Made by a program: the position numbers and the translations under genes
The notes under the pieces: generated by a model
Told to the model about the DNA's origin: nothing
The model's input: the letters and a program-made list of their open reading frames with translations, nothing else
Databases searched by the model: none
NCBI GenBank assembly: GCA_011939005.1
Contig: GCA_011939005.1_4858.1
Direction: 5' to 3' (one strand)
Length of the DNA: 64,000 bases
From: a phage
Part shown: positions 28,897 through 38,529 of the stretch, in pieces
How the letters are laid out: each line of letters begins with the position of its first letter
Position numbering within the stretch: the stretch's first letter is position 1

Positions 28897-31002
28897 TTAC
28901 AACTCAATTACCACAGCGGCTCCTAGGTCATCGTACAACGATGCCGGGATTTTGTACTCGGTATAAAAACCAACGCGATCGATATTCCCCTGCTGTCCTT
29001 CAAACAACAACATCGGAATTGCTGAGCGCAAACTAATGAGCGTGTTGTGATCGACAAACCGTTTCCCGGTGGCATTAGTAGAATCCTCACTGTCAAATCC
29101 TACTGCCGGGAACGGATTGGTTGGCGACTCTACACGAGATATCGCCAACATAATCGCAATATGCGTCATCGGTATACCACTCAGCTTACGCTGGATATAC
29201 TTAAACGTGTCCATCAACGCATAAGTACACTGTTTCTCTGTAGCACCACCCATCTCAACCAACGTCACTGGTTTCACACGACCTTGTTTCTTGTTCAGCT
29301 TCACAGTCGATGCTGTGTTGATGATTTCCACAATGTCTTCGTTCTTATCAGCTGCAATCGAACGGAGCTTGGTTTCTAAGCCGGCTACGAACTCCGCCAT
29401 CGATTCAGAACGGTTGGTGTAGACCAGGACCGGGTGTTTCGGGTTCCATCCTTTCAAAGGAATCTGAACCGTCTTCTTCTCGATACGAATGTTCGCACGT
29501 TGTTTCAAGAAGTAATGCAAGAACGGTTTAGAGAAGTTCCCACAAACACCCATTCGCACATCGATAGAATCCGCAGCGATTATCTGCCCATCTTCTAAAC
29601 GACGTTGGAAAGTTAAGTCGGTGATTTCTGGTAATGCCGTTTCATCAATTGCATCGAGATCTTCATGATACGCAATCTGGCTCAGCTCCGAATAAACTTT
29701 GTCGGTAACAACCAACTCGTATTCTGACCAATTCCCACGCTGTGGTTTTGGCAGCAAGCACAACCCTTTCAGAGAGTTATGTTTGTATTCGGTCATATAC
29801 TCACGCATACGTGGGGTGAGTACCAGGTTGAGCAGATAACGCAAGAAGTCAAGGTGCTTGGTAGAGAGAATTCCCTGTGTACCCTTTTCCGAGATGGACG
29901 TGGATGCCAGATGACCTGGTGACGTACCTTCAGAGAGGTTATAAATCAAATCCCCCATACAGGTCGCACAGATGGACTGATTCGCCATCTCTTTACAGGT
30001 CATGGCACTACGGAAGACCAGCGGTTTGCCAACCAGGTCTGCGTATCCGCCTTTCTCAAATCTCAACCACGGACCATTATCGCCTTCTAAACGATAACGC
30101 ATCCCCACCATCGCTTTATAGGCACGCTCATCCAGCTGCGTATCCTTAAACGTGTAGCGGTGTGCGTGAGTTGTACCGCAGTCGTCGTACGTGAAATACA
30201 TCAGTACGTTTGCTGCCAACTGCAGTTTACGTGAGGCGTATTCTGCTTCGGCAATCTTGTCAGTGTTGTACAAGTGGGAACGTGAAGTTGCACCGGATTC
30301 TTTCAAACGCGAAATAACCGAATGCATTCCGGTAAAGAAGCCTTCCCACACCTGATTGGTGTATACACGTGAGTCAATTTCTGATGTTTTACCACGCACG
30401 AAGGCTTGCAATACCTGGTTCATCTTCACAGTACCGTCCAGTACCGACATCACGACCGGGTTATACCGTAGCGCAGGGTCTTTGAAGATTTTCTCGATAA
30501 GCTTGTACGCTTCTTCAACCATATCCCGACCATCTTCATCGTAGCCAGTAGGATATTGCACTTCCCACTGACGGATGAGTTCGAAGTTCGGATGGTCGTA
30601 GATCTCCATCATCGTATCAAAGTCGATTGTCGTGCAATAGGACAGCAGGTTCTTCACTGTCATGTTGAACGCATCGGCGTAGACATGTTGACTCAGGATA
30701 TAACGCGTTTCAGCAAGGTCGACACCTGCTTTACGGGCCAGTACCGCTGCTTCCGACATAAAGTCCAGATGCAGGTCATCTGTTGCTACCTGACCTGGAC
30801 GATACGCCATGGTCGATGGAGTGGGCACCTGCGGATACAGACGCGACACACCCCAATACGGCCAGCTGAGTTTGATGTGGCGACTAGACATTTCCAACGA
30901 CTTACCATCGTCGAAAGTCACGTAATAACGCCCGCGTAGTTTCCACACCTGATCAGAGTTAAGCATACGCAAATCACGCACGTGTACAGAACGACCCGCC
31001 AT
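28897..31002 (-). CDS. large hypothetical protein (701 aa), possible transcription-complex partner
   Basis: Immediately downstream of and 1-nt overlapped with the RNAP beta-like gene; no catalytic motif recognised. Confidence 0.5.
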   Translation of the reverse strand: MAGRSVHVRDLRMLNSDQVWKLRGRYYVTFDDGKSLEMSSRHIKLSWPYWGVSRLYPQVPTPSTMAYRPGQVATDDLHLDFMSEAAVLARKAGVDLAETRYILSQHVYADAFNMTVKNLLSYCTTIDFDTMMEIYDHPNFELIRQWEVQYPTGYDEDGRDMVEEAYKLIEKIFKDPALRYNPVVMSVLDGTVKMNQVLQAFVRGKTSEIDSRVYTNQVWEGFFTGMHSVISRLKESGATSRSHLYNTDKIAEAEYASRKLQLAANVLMYFTYDDCGTTHAHRYTFKDTQLDERAYKAMVGMRYRLEGDNGPWLRFEKGGYADLVGKPLVFRSAMTCKEMANQSICATCMGDLIYNLSEGTSPGHLASTSISEKGTQGILSTKHLDFLRYLLNLVLTPRMREYMTEYKHNSLKGLCLLPKPQRGNWSEYELVVTDKVYSELSQIAYHEDLDAIDETALPEITDLTFQRRLEDGQIIAADSIDVRMGVCGNFSKPFLHYFLKQRANIRIEKKTVQIPLKGWNPKHPVLVYTNRSESMAEFVAGLETKLRSIAADKNEDIVEIINTASTVKLNKKQGRVKPVTLVEMGGATEKQCTYALMDTFKYIQRKLSGIPMTHIAIMLAISRVESPTNPFPAVGFDSEDSTNATGKRFVDHNTLISLRSAIPMLLFEGQQGNIDRVGFYTEYKIPASLYDDLGAAVVIEL

Positions 31003-33239
31003 TATTTATCCTCCCGAATTGGACGCACTAATTCAAAACCTTCACAGCGATGGATGTTACGTATCATCCTGTCAATCTGCGAATCACCCATTGGTAGTTT
31101 CTTACGATCGACCAGCACCCCTGGATTGGTTGGTGTTGGCGAGTTATACAGCCCCGTTACGATCGCACGGTGTACCGCAGGGTTATTAGCGCGGTCATGA
31201 GTTTCGGGGAAGTTGCCCGGACCAAAGCCGTCGGTAAGACGCTGCTCGGAAGGACCACCCCACTTCAACCCTTTCAGGTTAATCGGATATGAACCACGTC
31301 CTTGGTTGGATGCATCAATACAACCCAAATAGTTCGTGTACATCGACGAGATACTGGAGAACTCACGACCGGTTTTATCCAGGCGCAGAGTCTCTACCAT
31401 GCCGACGTAGAACTGGTTCTTCGTCCACTCTTTCTCACCCTGATAGTTAGTAATCAGTAGCTTAGACTTGCGTGGTGCATACTCGCCTAGAGCACGGCAG
31501 ATTTCTACCTGGGTAGCATTCAATTCGTGGGGAAGCCAGATACGAATCGTGAAGTCGTAAATCTCTTTAAAGAGTTCCAGACGTGACCCAGTATCCGGGT
31601 GACTGGAATTGAGATAGAATGTCCAGCGTGGGTTATAGCGATCGATATAGTCCATCAGGATTTCCCAGGCTTCGTCAACCTGGTTGGCGGCAAGTAATGG
31701 TTTCAACCGCATCTTCAACTGCTCGGATGCAGCAGACCAATACATGTGGAACAGCGCAGCATAAGTCGAACGACGAATTACGGCGTTCATGGAACGAATG
31801 ACATGCACACGTTCTCCGAACTCGTTAATCGGCATTTCTTCATCAGGCCGCACTGCGCCCACGATACCTTTTGTACCTGAACGGTCGGTGATTTTCGATG
31901 AGACGGTAACTGGGATTGGATAACGTACCACGATGCGTATCGTGTAGCTACCAATTGGGTCCCAGAGACCACGCTGAACCGGCTGCGCCAGTTTGTTCAA
32001 CACGTTCTTATCAGCAGAACGGTTATACTCACCTTTACGCATGGCTTCATCGTATTCACGACCAATCTCTTCACGGAAGTCGTTATAGACTTCATACGTC
32101 TCAGAACAGAACGCCTTGTCAAGGATCTCAAACGCTTTCGGTGACCAGACAATGTTCTTGTCTTTGGACATCGCAAAATAGAACCGCACGATATCATTGT
32201 AAAAACGTTTCAAAGCGTTCGCGTAGTGATCTAACTCGCGTTTGTTCTCTTCGGTACATGCGATATTGTTAACACCACGATCGCATTTGGTTTCGTCCCG
32301 CCATACCTGAATATCAACGACACGAGAACCGGTACGTTCCATCTTTTCAAAGTCGCCGGCCTGACGCGCTTTGTAATGCTCAGGGTCAGCGTCAACATAC
32401 TCACAACGGTCGAAGTGCGGAGAGATATGTTGTGTTTCACCTACGTGCGAGTCAATGGCTGCCCATAGCTTATCGAAACGGCGCGCGGCAATAACCAACC
32501 CATCATCACGAATTGCCTGTCCTTTATTGGGCAGGTACTGTGGTCGACGAACGCCATCAATACCCGTTGTCCCATACGTGTCAAGCAGGTACTCGTCGTC
32601 GCGCAAGGTAAAGTCAATTGCACGCAAACCATAAGCGTGCATCGCCTTCGCTGCAGTTTCGGAGATGGTGTACGAGTCCTCGATAATGTCCGGGTGCGAC
32701 ATTGTCACGGTGTGCAGGTTGACCCCATCGACAAACTCACCGTCTTTCTGTGCCGGCAGTACGGTAAGCATTTCATCTTTTTCCAGGTGCTGCGTCTGTC
32801 CGCGCAGCAACGCCTGAAGTTTCCCAGTAGCCTCTTTCTTAGACGAGAAAATGTTATCGTGGTTGGTGTAATACTTAATATCGATTACATCAATCATCAC
32901 TTTGCGCTGGTTGGTTAAATCTGCGCGCTTGAAGAAGATAACATGCTGGAGCGGATCGTGATCCCCTTCACGACCATAGCGTGCAAAAACAGCTGCACGA
33001 GTAACACCTTCTTTGGTTGTGTAACTGCACACAGTACCACTGTCTTCCACGATATCGTTAAAACAATAATCGTGGTAGTTCACATCAGCGCCGGTAAAAT
33101 GGATAGTCGGATCTGGATTGTCCAGTGGTACCGCCGACTTCATATGTCCACCCACCATTGAGGCACGTGCCCCAGATACGCCAGTGATATTCACCTCACG
33201 GTCAGCAACGCTTGACATGAGTTCGACTGGTGTTTTCAT
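31002..33239 (-). CDS. multisubunit RNA polymerase beta-like subunit, C-terminal part
   Basis: SSKITDRSGTKGIVGAVRPDEEMPINEFGERVHVIRSMNAV aligns residue-by-residue with bacterial beta [38 protein letters not shown]. Confidence 0.75.
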   Translation of the reverse strand: MKTPVELMSSVADREVNITGVSGARASMVGGHMKSAVPLDNPDPTIHFTGADVNYHDYCFNDIVEDSGTVCSYTTKEGVTRAAVFARYGREGDHDPLQHVIFFKRADLTNQRKVMIDVIDIKYYTNHDNIFSSKKEATGKLQALLRGQTQHLEKDEMLTVLPAQKDGEFVDGVNLHTVTMSHPDIIEDSYTISETAAKAMHAYGLRAIDFTLRDDEYLLDTYGTTGIDGVRRPQYLPNKGQAIRDDGLVIAARRFDKLWAAIDSHVGETQHISPHFDRCEYVDADPEHYKARQAGDFEKMERTGSRVVDIQVWRDETKCDRGVNNIACTEENKRELDHYANALKRFYNDIVRFYFAMSKDKNIVWSPKAFEILDKAFCSETYEVYNDFREEIGREYDEAMRKGEYNRSADKNVLNKLAQPVQRGLWDPIGSYTIRIVVRYPIPVTVSSKITDRSGTKGIVGAVRPDEEMPINEFGERVHVIRSMNAVIRRSTYAALFHMYWSAASEQLKMRLKPLLAANQVDEAWEILMDYIDRYNPRWTFYLNSSHPDTGSRLELFKEIYDFTIRIWLPHELNATQVEICRALGEYAPRKSKLLITNYQGEKEWTKNQFYVGMVETLRLDKTGREFSSISSMYTNYLGCIDASNQGRGSYPINLKGLKWGGPSEQRLTDGFGPGNFPETHDRANNPAVHRAIVTGLYNSPTPTNPGVLVDRKKLPMGDSQIDRMIRNIHRCEGFELVRPIREDK

Positions 33240-33268
33240 TCGTAAATGCTCCTTTTGGTTACCTCGGT

Positions 33269-33285
33269 AAGATAATATCTATCTG
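33269..33285. promoter_or_regulatory. conserved promoter-like motif AAGATAATATCTATCTG
   Basis: In 66-nt gap between divergent genes 31002..33239(-) and 33306..33629(+). Confidence 0.5.
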
Positions 33286-33305
33286 TTTTATTTTAAGGAG
33301 AGACG

Positions 33306-33629
33306 ATGCTAGATAAATTTGCTACCTTATCCGAAATAATACCTTCGCCTGATTCGACCAAGTATAAGGTGTTGCATGACTATACAGACTTCCTTCGCAA
33401 ACACCCAGATACTACAGAAGAAGTTGTTGACCCAAAATATGCCTACCCAGAGGTACACAGTTTCTACGCGTACTGTCGTCTCAAACAGTACGATAATAGT
33501 ATTATTTATCCGATGATGTTAATGAACGGAATTTCTACTCCGTTTGATTTCACGCCAGAGATAAGAACCTTATTGGTTCCTAGTGTCGGTGTGGTAAGTA
33601 ACATCTTATCGACTATCGTAGAATCTTGA
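33306..33629 (+). CDS. hypothetical protein (107 aa)
   Basis: Plus-strand ORF with AAGGAG Shine-Dalgarno, bounded by motif and terminator. Confidence 0.55.
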   Translation: MLDKFATLSEIIPSPDSTKYKVLHDYTDFLRKHPDTTEEVVDPKYAYPEVHSFYAYCRLKQYDNSIIYPMMLMNGISTPFDFTPEIRTLLVPSVGVVSNILSTIVES

Positions 33630-33662
33630 AAAAAAGAAGGGACGCCCAGTCCCTTCTTTCTA
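33628..33662. terminator. bidirectional intrinsic terminator
   Basis: A7 then GAAGGGAC-gccca-GTCCCTTC then T-rich, between convergent genes. Confidence 0.65.
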
Positions 33663-33666
33663 ACGC

Positions 33667-35034
33667 TTAACGTAAATTAGCTGATGAGAATGGTAGGTTG
33701 CCTAAACTGCTGCTACTTCCGCCACCTAAACCACCCAGACCACCTAACACGTCACTACTCCCTCCTAAGAGGTTGGTGCTACCGCCGCCCAACTGCGTGC
33801 TACCCCCCAAGAGATTATTACTACTTCCCAGCAAACCAGAACCCAGACCACTTTCTTTCGTCACCGCATTACCACGCAGCGCTTCACCGAGAGACAGTTC
33901 TTTAATTGTCCCTTTCGGTAAATGGCCGTTGTTCTCACGCAGCGCTTCCTGAATCTTCGGTGCTAACGCGTTGAAGCTATTAGCTGAAGACGCCTGTTGC
34001 GCTTTCTTCGCACGGAAATAGTTTACCGGATCGTTGAGATCAAGATTTTCCTGCGGAGCTTGTTGAGAAGCTAAAGCAACGACCGGCTTTGTGCCGGCAG
34101 GTGTACGCCCGATACGGAAATCCGTTGCGGTGGTGTCTGTTGCCTGATCGGTGCGTGGGCCGGTATTATACGGCAGAGTTTGGATAACGTTATCATAAAC
34201 GCTCATGTTATCCAGTTGGCCAATCCATTCTTCTTCTAACGGACGCAGTGGAGTGTGGTCACGCAGACCACGAACCACTTGATTGTAGTTGGTCACGTAT
34301 TGTGCCCAACCGCGTGCCAAAGAACCGAAGTACGGACGCGGATCGTTAGAACCCGTAACCGAAGGATACCAACCAAACACTGCAGTGAGCAGGTTAAAGA
34401 TAATGACCTTATCCTGCTTACGCTGGAGCTTGGCACCGAAGAATGTTGCCGTACCATCCAGTGACTCTTCTTCAAACATGTGTTTGTAGTTCGCCACGCG
34501 GATATATTTGATACCTTCAATGGTCATATCGCTGGAGATGAAGATACTGGTGATCTTTGTCTTTTTATCTTCTTCCAGCAAACCGTAAACGTAGTTCTTC
34601 ACTGCGTGCCAGCTCTGAACCAGTTTCTTATCCATCGTCGGATCTTTCAGGTCAGCACAAACCACATCGCTTAAAAACTTCTTGTACGATGCCAGACGGA
34701 TATTTTTTCCTTCGGCTGCTGTTTCCAAAATCGCATCGATTAACTCGAAGCTTTTCAGGAAGAGGTTCGCGCTGATGGCTTTCTTCAGGAAACGAATCGT
34801 TCCAGATTCGCCAGCCAGTACCGATTCACACAGTGGGTGGAACGCATGACATTCACTACCTTCGTCATCTTCCAACCCACGCTTAATCATCGCTGCAGTT
34901 GGAAGCACCAAGCGGCGCTTCACTTTGTTGTAGGTGAACATTGCCGGATGACCATCATCGATGGTCAACATGTCACCTTCGAATCCGTATCCGAGCGAGG
35001 TCAGAAACGAACGGTAGAATTCAATCAATTTCAT
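33667..35034 (-). CDS. hypothetical protein with Gly/Ser/Leu-rich C-terminal tail
   Basis: C-terminus GLGSGLLGSSNNLLGGSTQLGGGSTNLLGGSSDVLGGLGGLGGGSSS. Confidence 0.55.
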   Translation of the reverse strand: MKLIEFYRSFLTSLGYGFEGDMLTIDDGHPAMFTYNKVKRRLVLPTAAMIKRGLEDDEGSECHAFHPLCESVLAGESGTIRFLKKAISANLFLKSFELIDAILETAAEGKNIRLASYKKFLSDVVCADLKDPTMDKKLVQSWHAVKNYVYGLLEEDKKTKITSIFISSDMTIEGIKYIRVANYKHMFEEESLDGTATFFGAKLQRKQDKVIIFNLLTAVFGWYPSVTGSNDPRPYFGSLARGWAQYVTNYNQVVRGLRDHTPLRPLEEEWIGQLDNMSVYDNVIQTLPYNTGPRTDQATDTTATDFRIGRTPAGTKPVVALASQQAPQENLDLNDPVNYFRAKKAQQASSANSFNALAPKIQEALRENNGHLPKGTIKELSLGEALRGNAVTKESGLGSGLLGSSNNLLGGSTQLGGGSTNLLGGSSDVLGGLGGLGGGSSSSLGNLPFSSANLR

Positions 35035-35046
35035 GGTTAATAATCC

Positions 35047-36747
35047 TTAATCAATGAGACCGTTGCCGAGTCCGTTTCCGCCTATACCGCCTAAGCCACC
35101 ACCCAGGTCAAGACCTCCAAGAGGATCTAAGCCACCTGTGTTAGTTGGAATGTTAGATAGCATTCGACCCCGGCCTTGGCCTTTCTCGAATTCTGTATAA
35201 CCTTCTTCTACGGCTTTCAACAGCGTTGCGGTGTTCTGTGCCAGCTCACCAACGTATTTGAGATCGGTGGTGTTGCCGGTATGGAGACGGAATTGCATAA
35301 ACGACGCGTAGGTGTAATATTCCAGCGGTTCGTCGTCGACACGGATTTCAATACGAGTAACGGTCCCCAACAATGCGGTGACCAGCATGTGGCAGCGAAT
35401 ATGGTTATGTTTAGTAACCTGAACCATCGCTTCTTTCATGTTCTGCAAGAAACGACGACCTAACGCAGCAGGTAACTGATGGTGCGTGATGCTGCTGACT
35501 GAGTTAGGAATAACTTCCAGCGTAGGCTCTATCATGATATCTGTGTTGCGATTATCAAAGACAAAGCTCACTTCACCAATCAGGTTACGTGACATAATCG
35601 GCCCGATAGACATAGCCAGATCATACGCAACTAGACTACCCTGTGTGGAGAAGCCATTACGTCCAATCCAGTGGTCGGTTTGGTTAACCAGCCCTGCACC
35701 CAACCCACGGCGACTTGCCAGCGCCAGCGATTCACGGATACATTCATCCAACCGCATTGGGTTGACAATCGCATTACGCAAATCAGCCAAACGGAACGTC
35801 GCCTTACTGGTTGCTTTCCAACCGCCAGATACATCAGACATCCCGTTCTGGAGTGCTTGACGCATCGCAGCAATCAGTTCGTGGTTGCTGTAGTTACGGA
35901 TAACACCACGTTGCTTCAATTCAGATTCAACGCCGATGGAGTTATTACCTGCAAAGAAGCTTTCCACGCTACCGAGTTCGGTATCTACCCCAGAACTTGC
36001 CAGATACGCATTACTGATTGCAGATACGTAGTTTTCTGGACGCTGGAGTTGGGATACCATCAACTGTGGTGCAGAGCTACTGGTTGCGGATAGCACAGAG
36101 TCGCTCGTTGGGACGAACTTCTCACCGCTATTCATTTCAATACGTTTTACCATGTCCGCCGCTTTCGCGATCGAAATGATATCTACCGTACTTTCTGTTT
36201 GACCTTCAACAGACAACGCTTTCGATAAAACGTAGTTATCCAGTAGACGGAATGAGTCTGGGTTCAATGTTTTGCCGCCCAGGGCATCGTGTGTATACGT
36301 TGCCTGTAAGCCGTAGATGTCGTTAATGTACAACACCATATCGTCCGGCAGCAAGCTACCCAGGCTGGTTTCTGCCTGACTGGTATAACCGGAGACGATA
36401 TATTGCGTTTCCTGAGTGCGTGTTGCATTCAGAGGTTTGGCAATAAACACCGCCACGAAGTTAAAGATACCGGTATCACGTGATTCCCATTGGAACTGTA
36501 CAGGACGATTGTCATCATCGGACACGTTGATGAATGGACGCTCAAAACCATTCTGGGTGCCATCGAAGCCCACGATGGCAGATAATGCTTCTTGATACTG
36601 CTGTGTTCCCACAGCCTTTTCCCCGCCCAGTTCAACCGCTGCTGCTAAGTCATCCAGTGCACCCGTCGATGCGTTAAAGCCGATGCGGCGACGAACTTGC
36701 TCTGGAACATCGTAGACCGGATACATCAGTAGATTTACAAGCTGCAT
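35047..36747 (-). CDS. hypothetical protein with Gly-rich C-terminal tail
   Basis: C-terminus GGLDPLGGLDLGGGLGGIGGNGLGNGLID; adjacent to similar-tailed gene. Confidence 0.55.
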   Translation of the reverse strand: MQLVNLLMYPVYDVPEQVRRRIGFNASTGALDDLAAAVELGGEKAVGTQQYQEALSAIVGFDGTQNGFERPFINVSDDDNRPVQFQWESRDTGIFNFVAVFIAKPLNATRTQETQYIVSGYTSQAETSLGSLLPDDMVLYINDIYGLQATYTHDALGGKTLNPDSFRLLDNYVLSKALSVEGQTESTVDIISIAKAADMVKRIEMNSGEKFVPTSDSVLSATSSSAPQLMVSQLQRPENYVSAISNAYLASSGVDTELGSVESFFAGNNSIGVESELKQRGVIRNYSNHELIAAMRQALQNGMSDVSGGWKATSKATFRLADLRNAIVNPMRLDECIRESLALASRRGLGAGLVNQTDHWIGRNGFSTQGSLVAYDLAMSIGPIMSRNLIGEVSFVFDNRNTDIMIEPTLEVIPNSVSSITHHQLPAALGRRFLQNMKEAMVQVTKHNHIRCHMLVTALLGTVTRIEIRVDDEPLEYYTYASFMQFRLHTGNTTDLKYVGELAQNTATLLKAVEEGYTEFEKGQGRGRMLSNIPTNTGGLDPLGGLDLGGGLGGIGGNGLGNGLID

Positions 36748-36759
36748 TTTAAATACTCC

Positions 36760-38394
36760 TTAAGAATTAAACCATTCAACTTCTTCTAACTTGCGACGTG
36801 CATTCAACACCATAAACTCCGCCAGGCTATTGTGCAGTGACAAGTGAGGTATATAGTTTGGCTGATCCGTCTCACACTTCAGCAGCGCAGCTGCTTCTGG
36901 TGTAGCCCTGAGATGGAACAGATACGGGTTGATGTGATCCTTGTGTAACAAGGTCAGTGATTCCCGTGGTGTAGATTGCGGTTCGAGATTACGCGGGTTG
37001 CGGTACTCCTGAAGATAATATCTATCTAAATCTGCTTTGAGTTCAGATCGAATTGGATCGGCTGCATAACCGGCAGACATCTCAGAACGCACCATATTGC
37101 AACTTAACAGTTGCGCAACGTCATACATTCCATAATTGAGATAAGTTGCCTGCGCCAACGCCATACCGTAGCGAAACGCTTCTGGTCCACATTCAGTATA
37201 CGTCTTATAATGCGCGCTACGATGGAGTGCTAATGCGACTAACCATTCATGCAACGTATAGACAGGACCGTCATGTGTTGCCAGTTGCGAATCAATCAAT
37301 AACTTAACATCTGCTGGAGCGGCATTATCCAGACGCATTGTTTTCAAGAAAGAGCGGTATTCTTTAAATACGTACTCGGTACGGACGTATTCTTTCATCT
37401 GTGCAGGAGAACGTGCCTGCACCAAATCCATGGCGTTTATCTTACCCTTTTCGCCATTGAATACCACACTTTCCGGATGCGCTTTTAACAGCACCGGCTG
37501 GTTAGAGATTTTGTTTGCAAAACCTGTTTCAATCTCTTGTTTAACCAGAAAATACATGCTGGTGACGATATTGTTGTTAACCATGATTTCAATCGGTAAT
37601 TCACCACCGACTTCACGGACAGCCAACAATTTAATAATAGCATACGCCAGGATATAATCTTCCATCATATCCGTGCCATAGCCCCGCACCGTAGCCAATA
37701 CCGACAAACTGGTGCTGTTCGTACCTTTGTTTGCCAGTTCTTTTTCTACCTTTTCCATCACTGTCTGTAGGAACCCACGCAGTTTCGGAATAGCAGGTAA
37801 AGACATGACTTCTGTGTCTTGAAGCATCTCCAGACAGTATGTCAGATTGTACACCATTTTCCGATGTGTTTCGATTGGCAAGTTCTTACCTATCGGGAAC
37901 GTCCCCATGGTGAGGAACACCGGAATATACGGTTTAATCATCAGGACCAGTATCAACAACTCGTAATAGTCCGGACGAATGTACGTCATCGCTTCCGGAT
38001 AATTACTGTTCATTTCATCGTGCGTATCTTCCATGTTCTGCGGAATCCACAGCTTATCGATGGGATACAGCTTACGATACACTTCAGCCTTGTGGAACTT
38101 CGCGATCATCTGCACAATCTTCGGCATGTGCTTACGCTGCGTTTCCGTCGATTCGTTTGCCAGCTCGTCCAGCATCAGATACGCCATGAACAGTTCATCT
38201 TGTTCGTCTGGCGTTAAATAATCCCACACGCGTTGTAATTCCATGAAGAGAATGTTGTCGCGTGCAATCTGTTTACCTTTAACAGTGATGTAGTCGGGTG
38301 CGTTGTTATCCTTCCGATAACGTAAGCCAATAAATGTGACCTCTTGACCATGATGCTCGATTGTCATCCGGTCTTTAATCTTCATAATTTTCAT
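36760..38394 (-). CDS. hypothetical protein (544 aa)
   Basis: ORF; contains an internal copy of the promoter-like 22-mer at 37011-37034. Confidence 0.55.
   Translation of the reverse strand: MKIMKIKDRMTIEHHGQEVTFIGLRYRKDNNAPDYITVKGKQIARDNILFMELQRVWDYLTPDEQDELFMAYLMLDELANESTETQRKHMPKIVQMIAKFHKAEVYRKLYPIDKLWIPQNMEDTHDEMNSNYPEAMTYIRPDYYELLILVLMIKPYIPVFLTMGTFPIGKNLPIETHRKMVYNLTYCLEMLQDTEVMSLPAIPKLRGFLQTVMEKVEKELANKGTNSTSLSVLATVRGYGTDMMEDYILAYAIIKLLAVREVGGELPIEIMVNNNIVTSMYFLVKQEIETGFANKISNQPVLLKAHPESVVFNGEKGKINAMDLVQARSPAQMKEYVRTEYVFKEYRSFLKTMRLDNAAPADVKLLIDSQLATHDGPVYTLHEWLVALALHRSAHYKTYTECGPEAFRYGMALAQATYLNYGMYDVAQLLSCNMVRSEMSAGYAADPIRSELKADLDRYYLQEYRNPRNLEPQSTPRESLTLLHKDHINPYLFHLRATPEAAALLKCETDQPNYIPHLSLHNSLAEFMVLNARRKLEEVEWFNS
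37011..37034. promoter_or_regulatory. intragenic copy of promoter-like motif GAAGATAATATCTATCTAAATCT
   Basis: Near-identical to intergenic copy at 38428-38450; lies in codons DRYYLQEY of 36760..38394. Confidence 0.3.
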
Positions 38395-38427
38395 TATAGT
38401 TGAACTCCGCGAATAGTCGATTGCACT

Positions 38428-38450
38428 GAGATAATATCTATCTAAATCTT
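38428..38450. promoter_or_regulatory. conserved promoter-like motif GAGATAATATCTATCTAAATCTT
   Basis: 34-56 nt upstream of minus-strand start at 38394. Confidence 0.5.
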
Positions 38451-38529
38451 CTTACAGTGTGTGTTGCAGGACCACGCATAAGCGTTAATAGCCCAAGGTT
38501 TCCCTTGGGCGTATTTTTTATTTTGTTTC

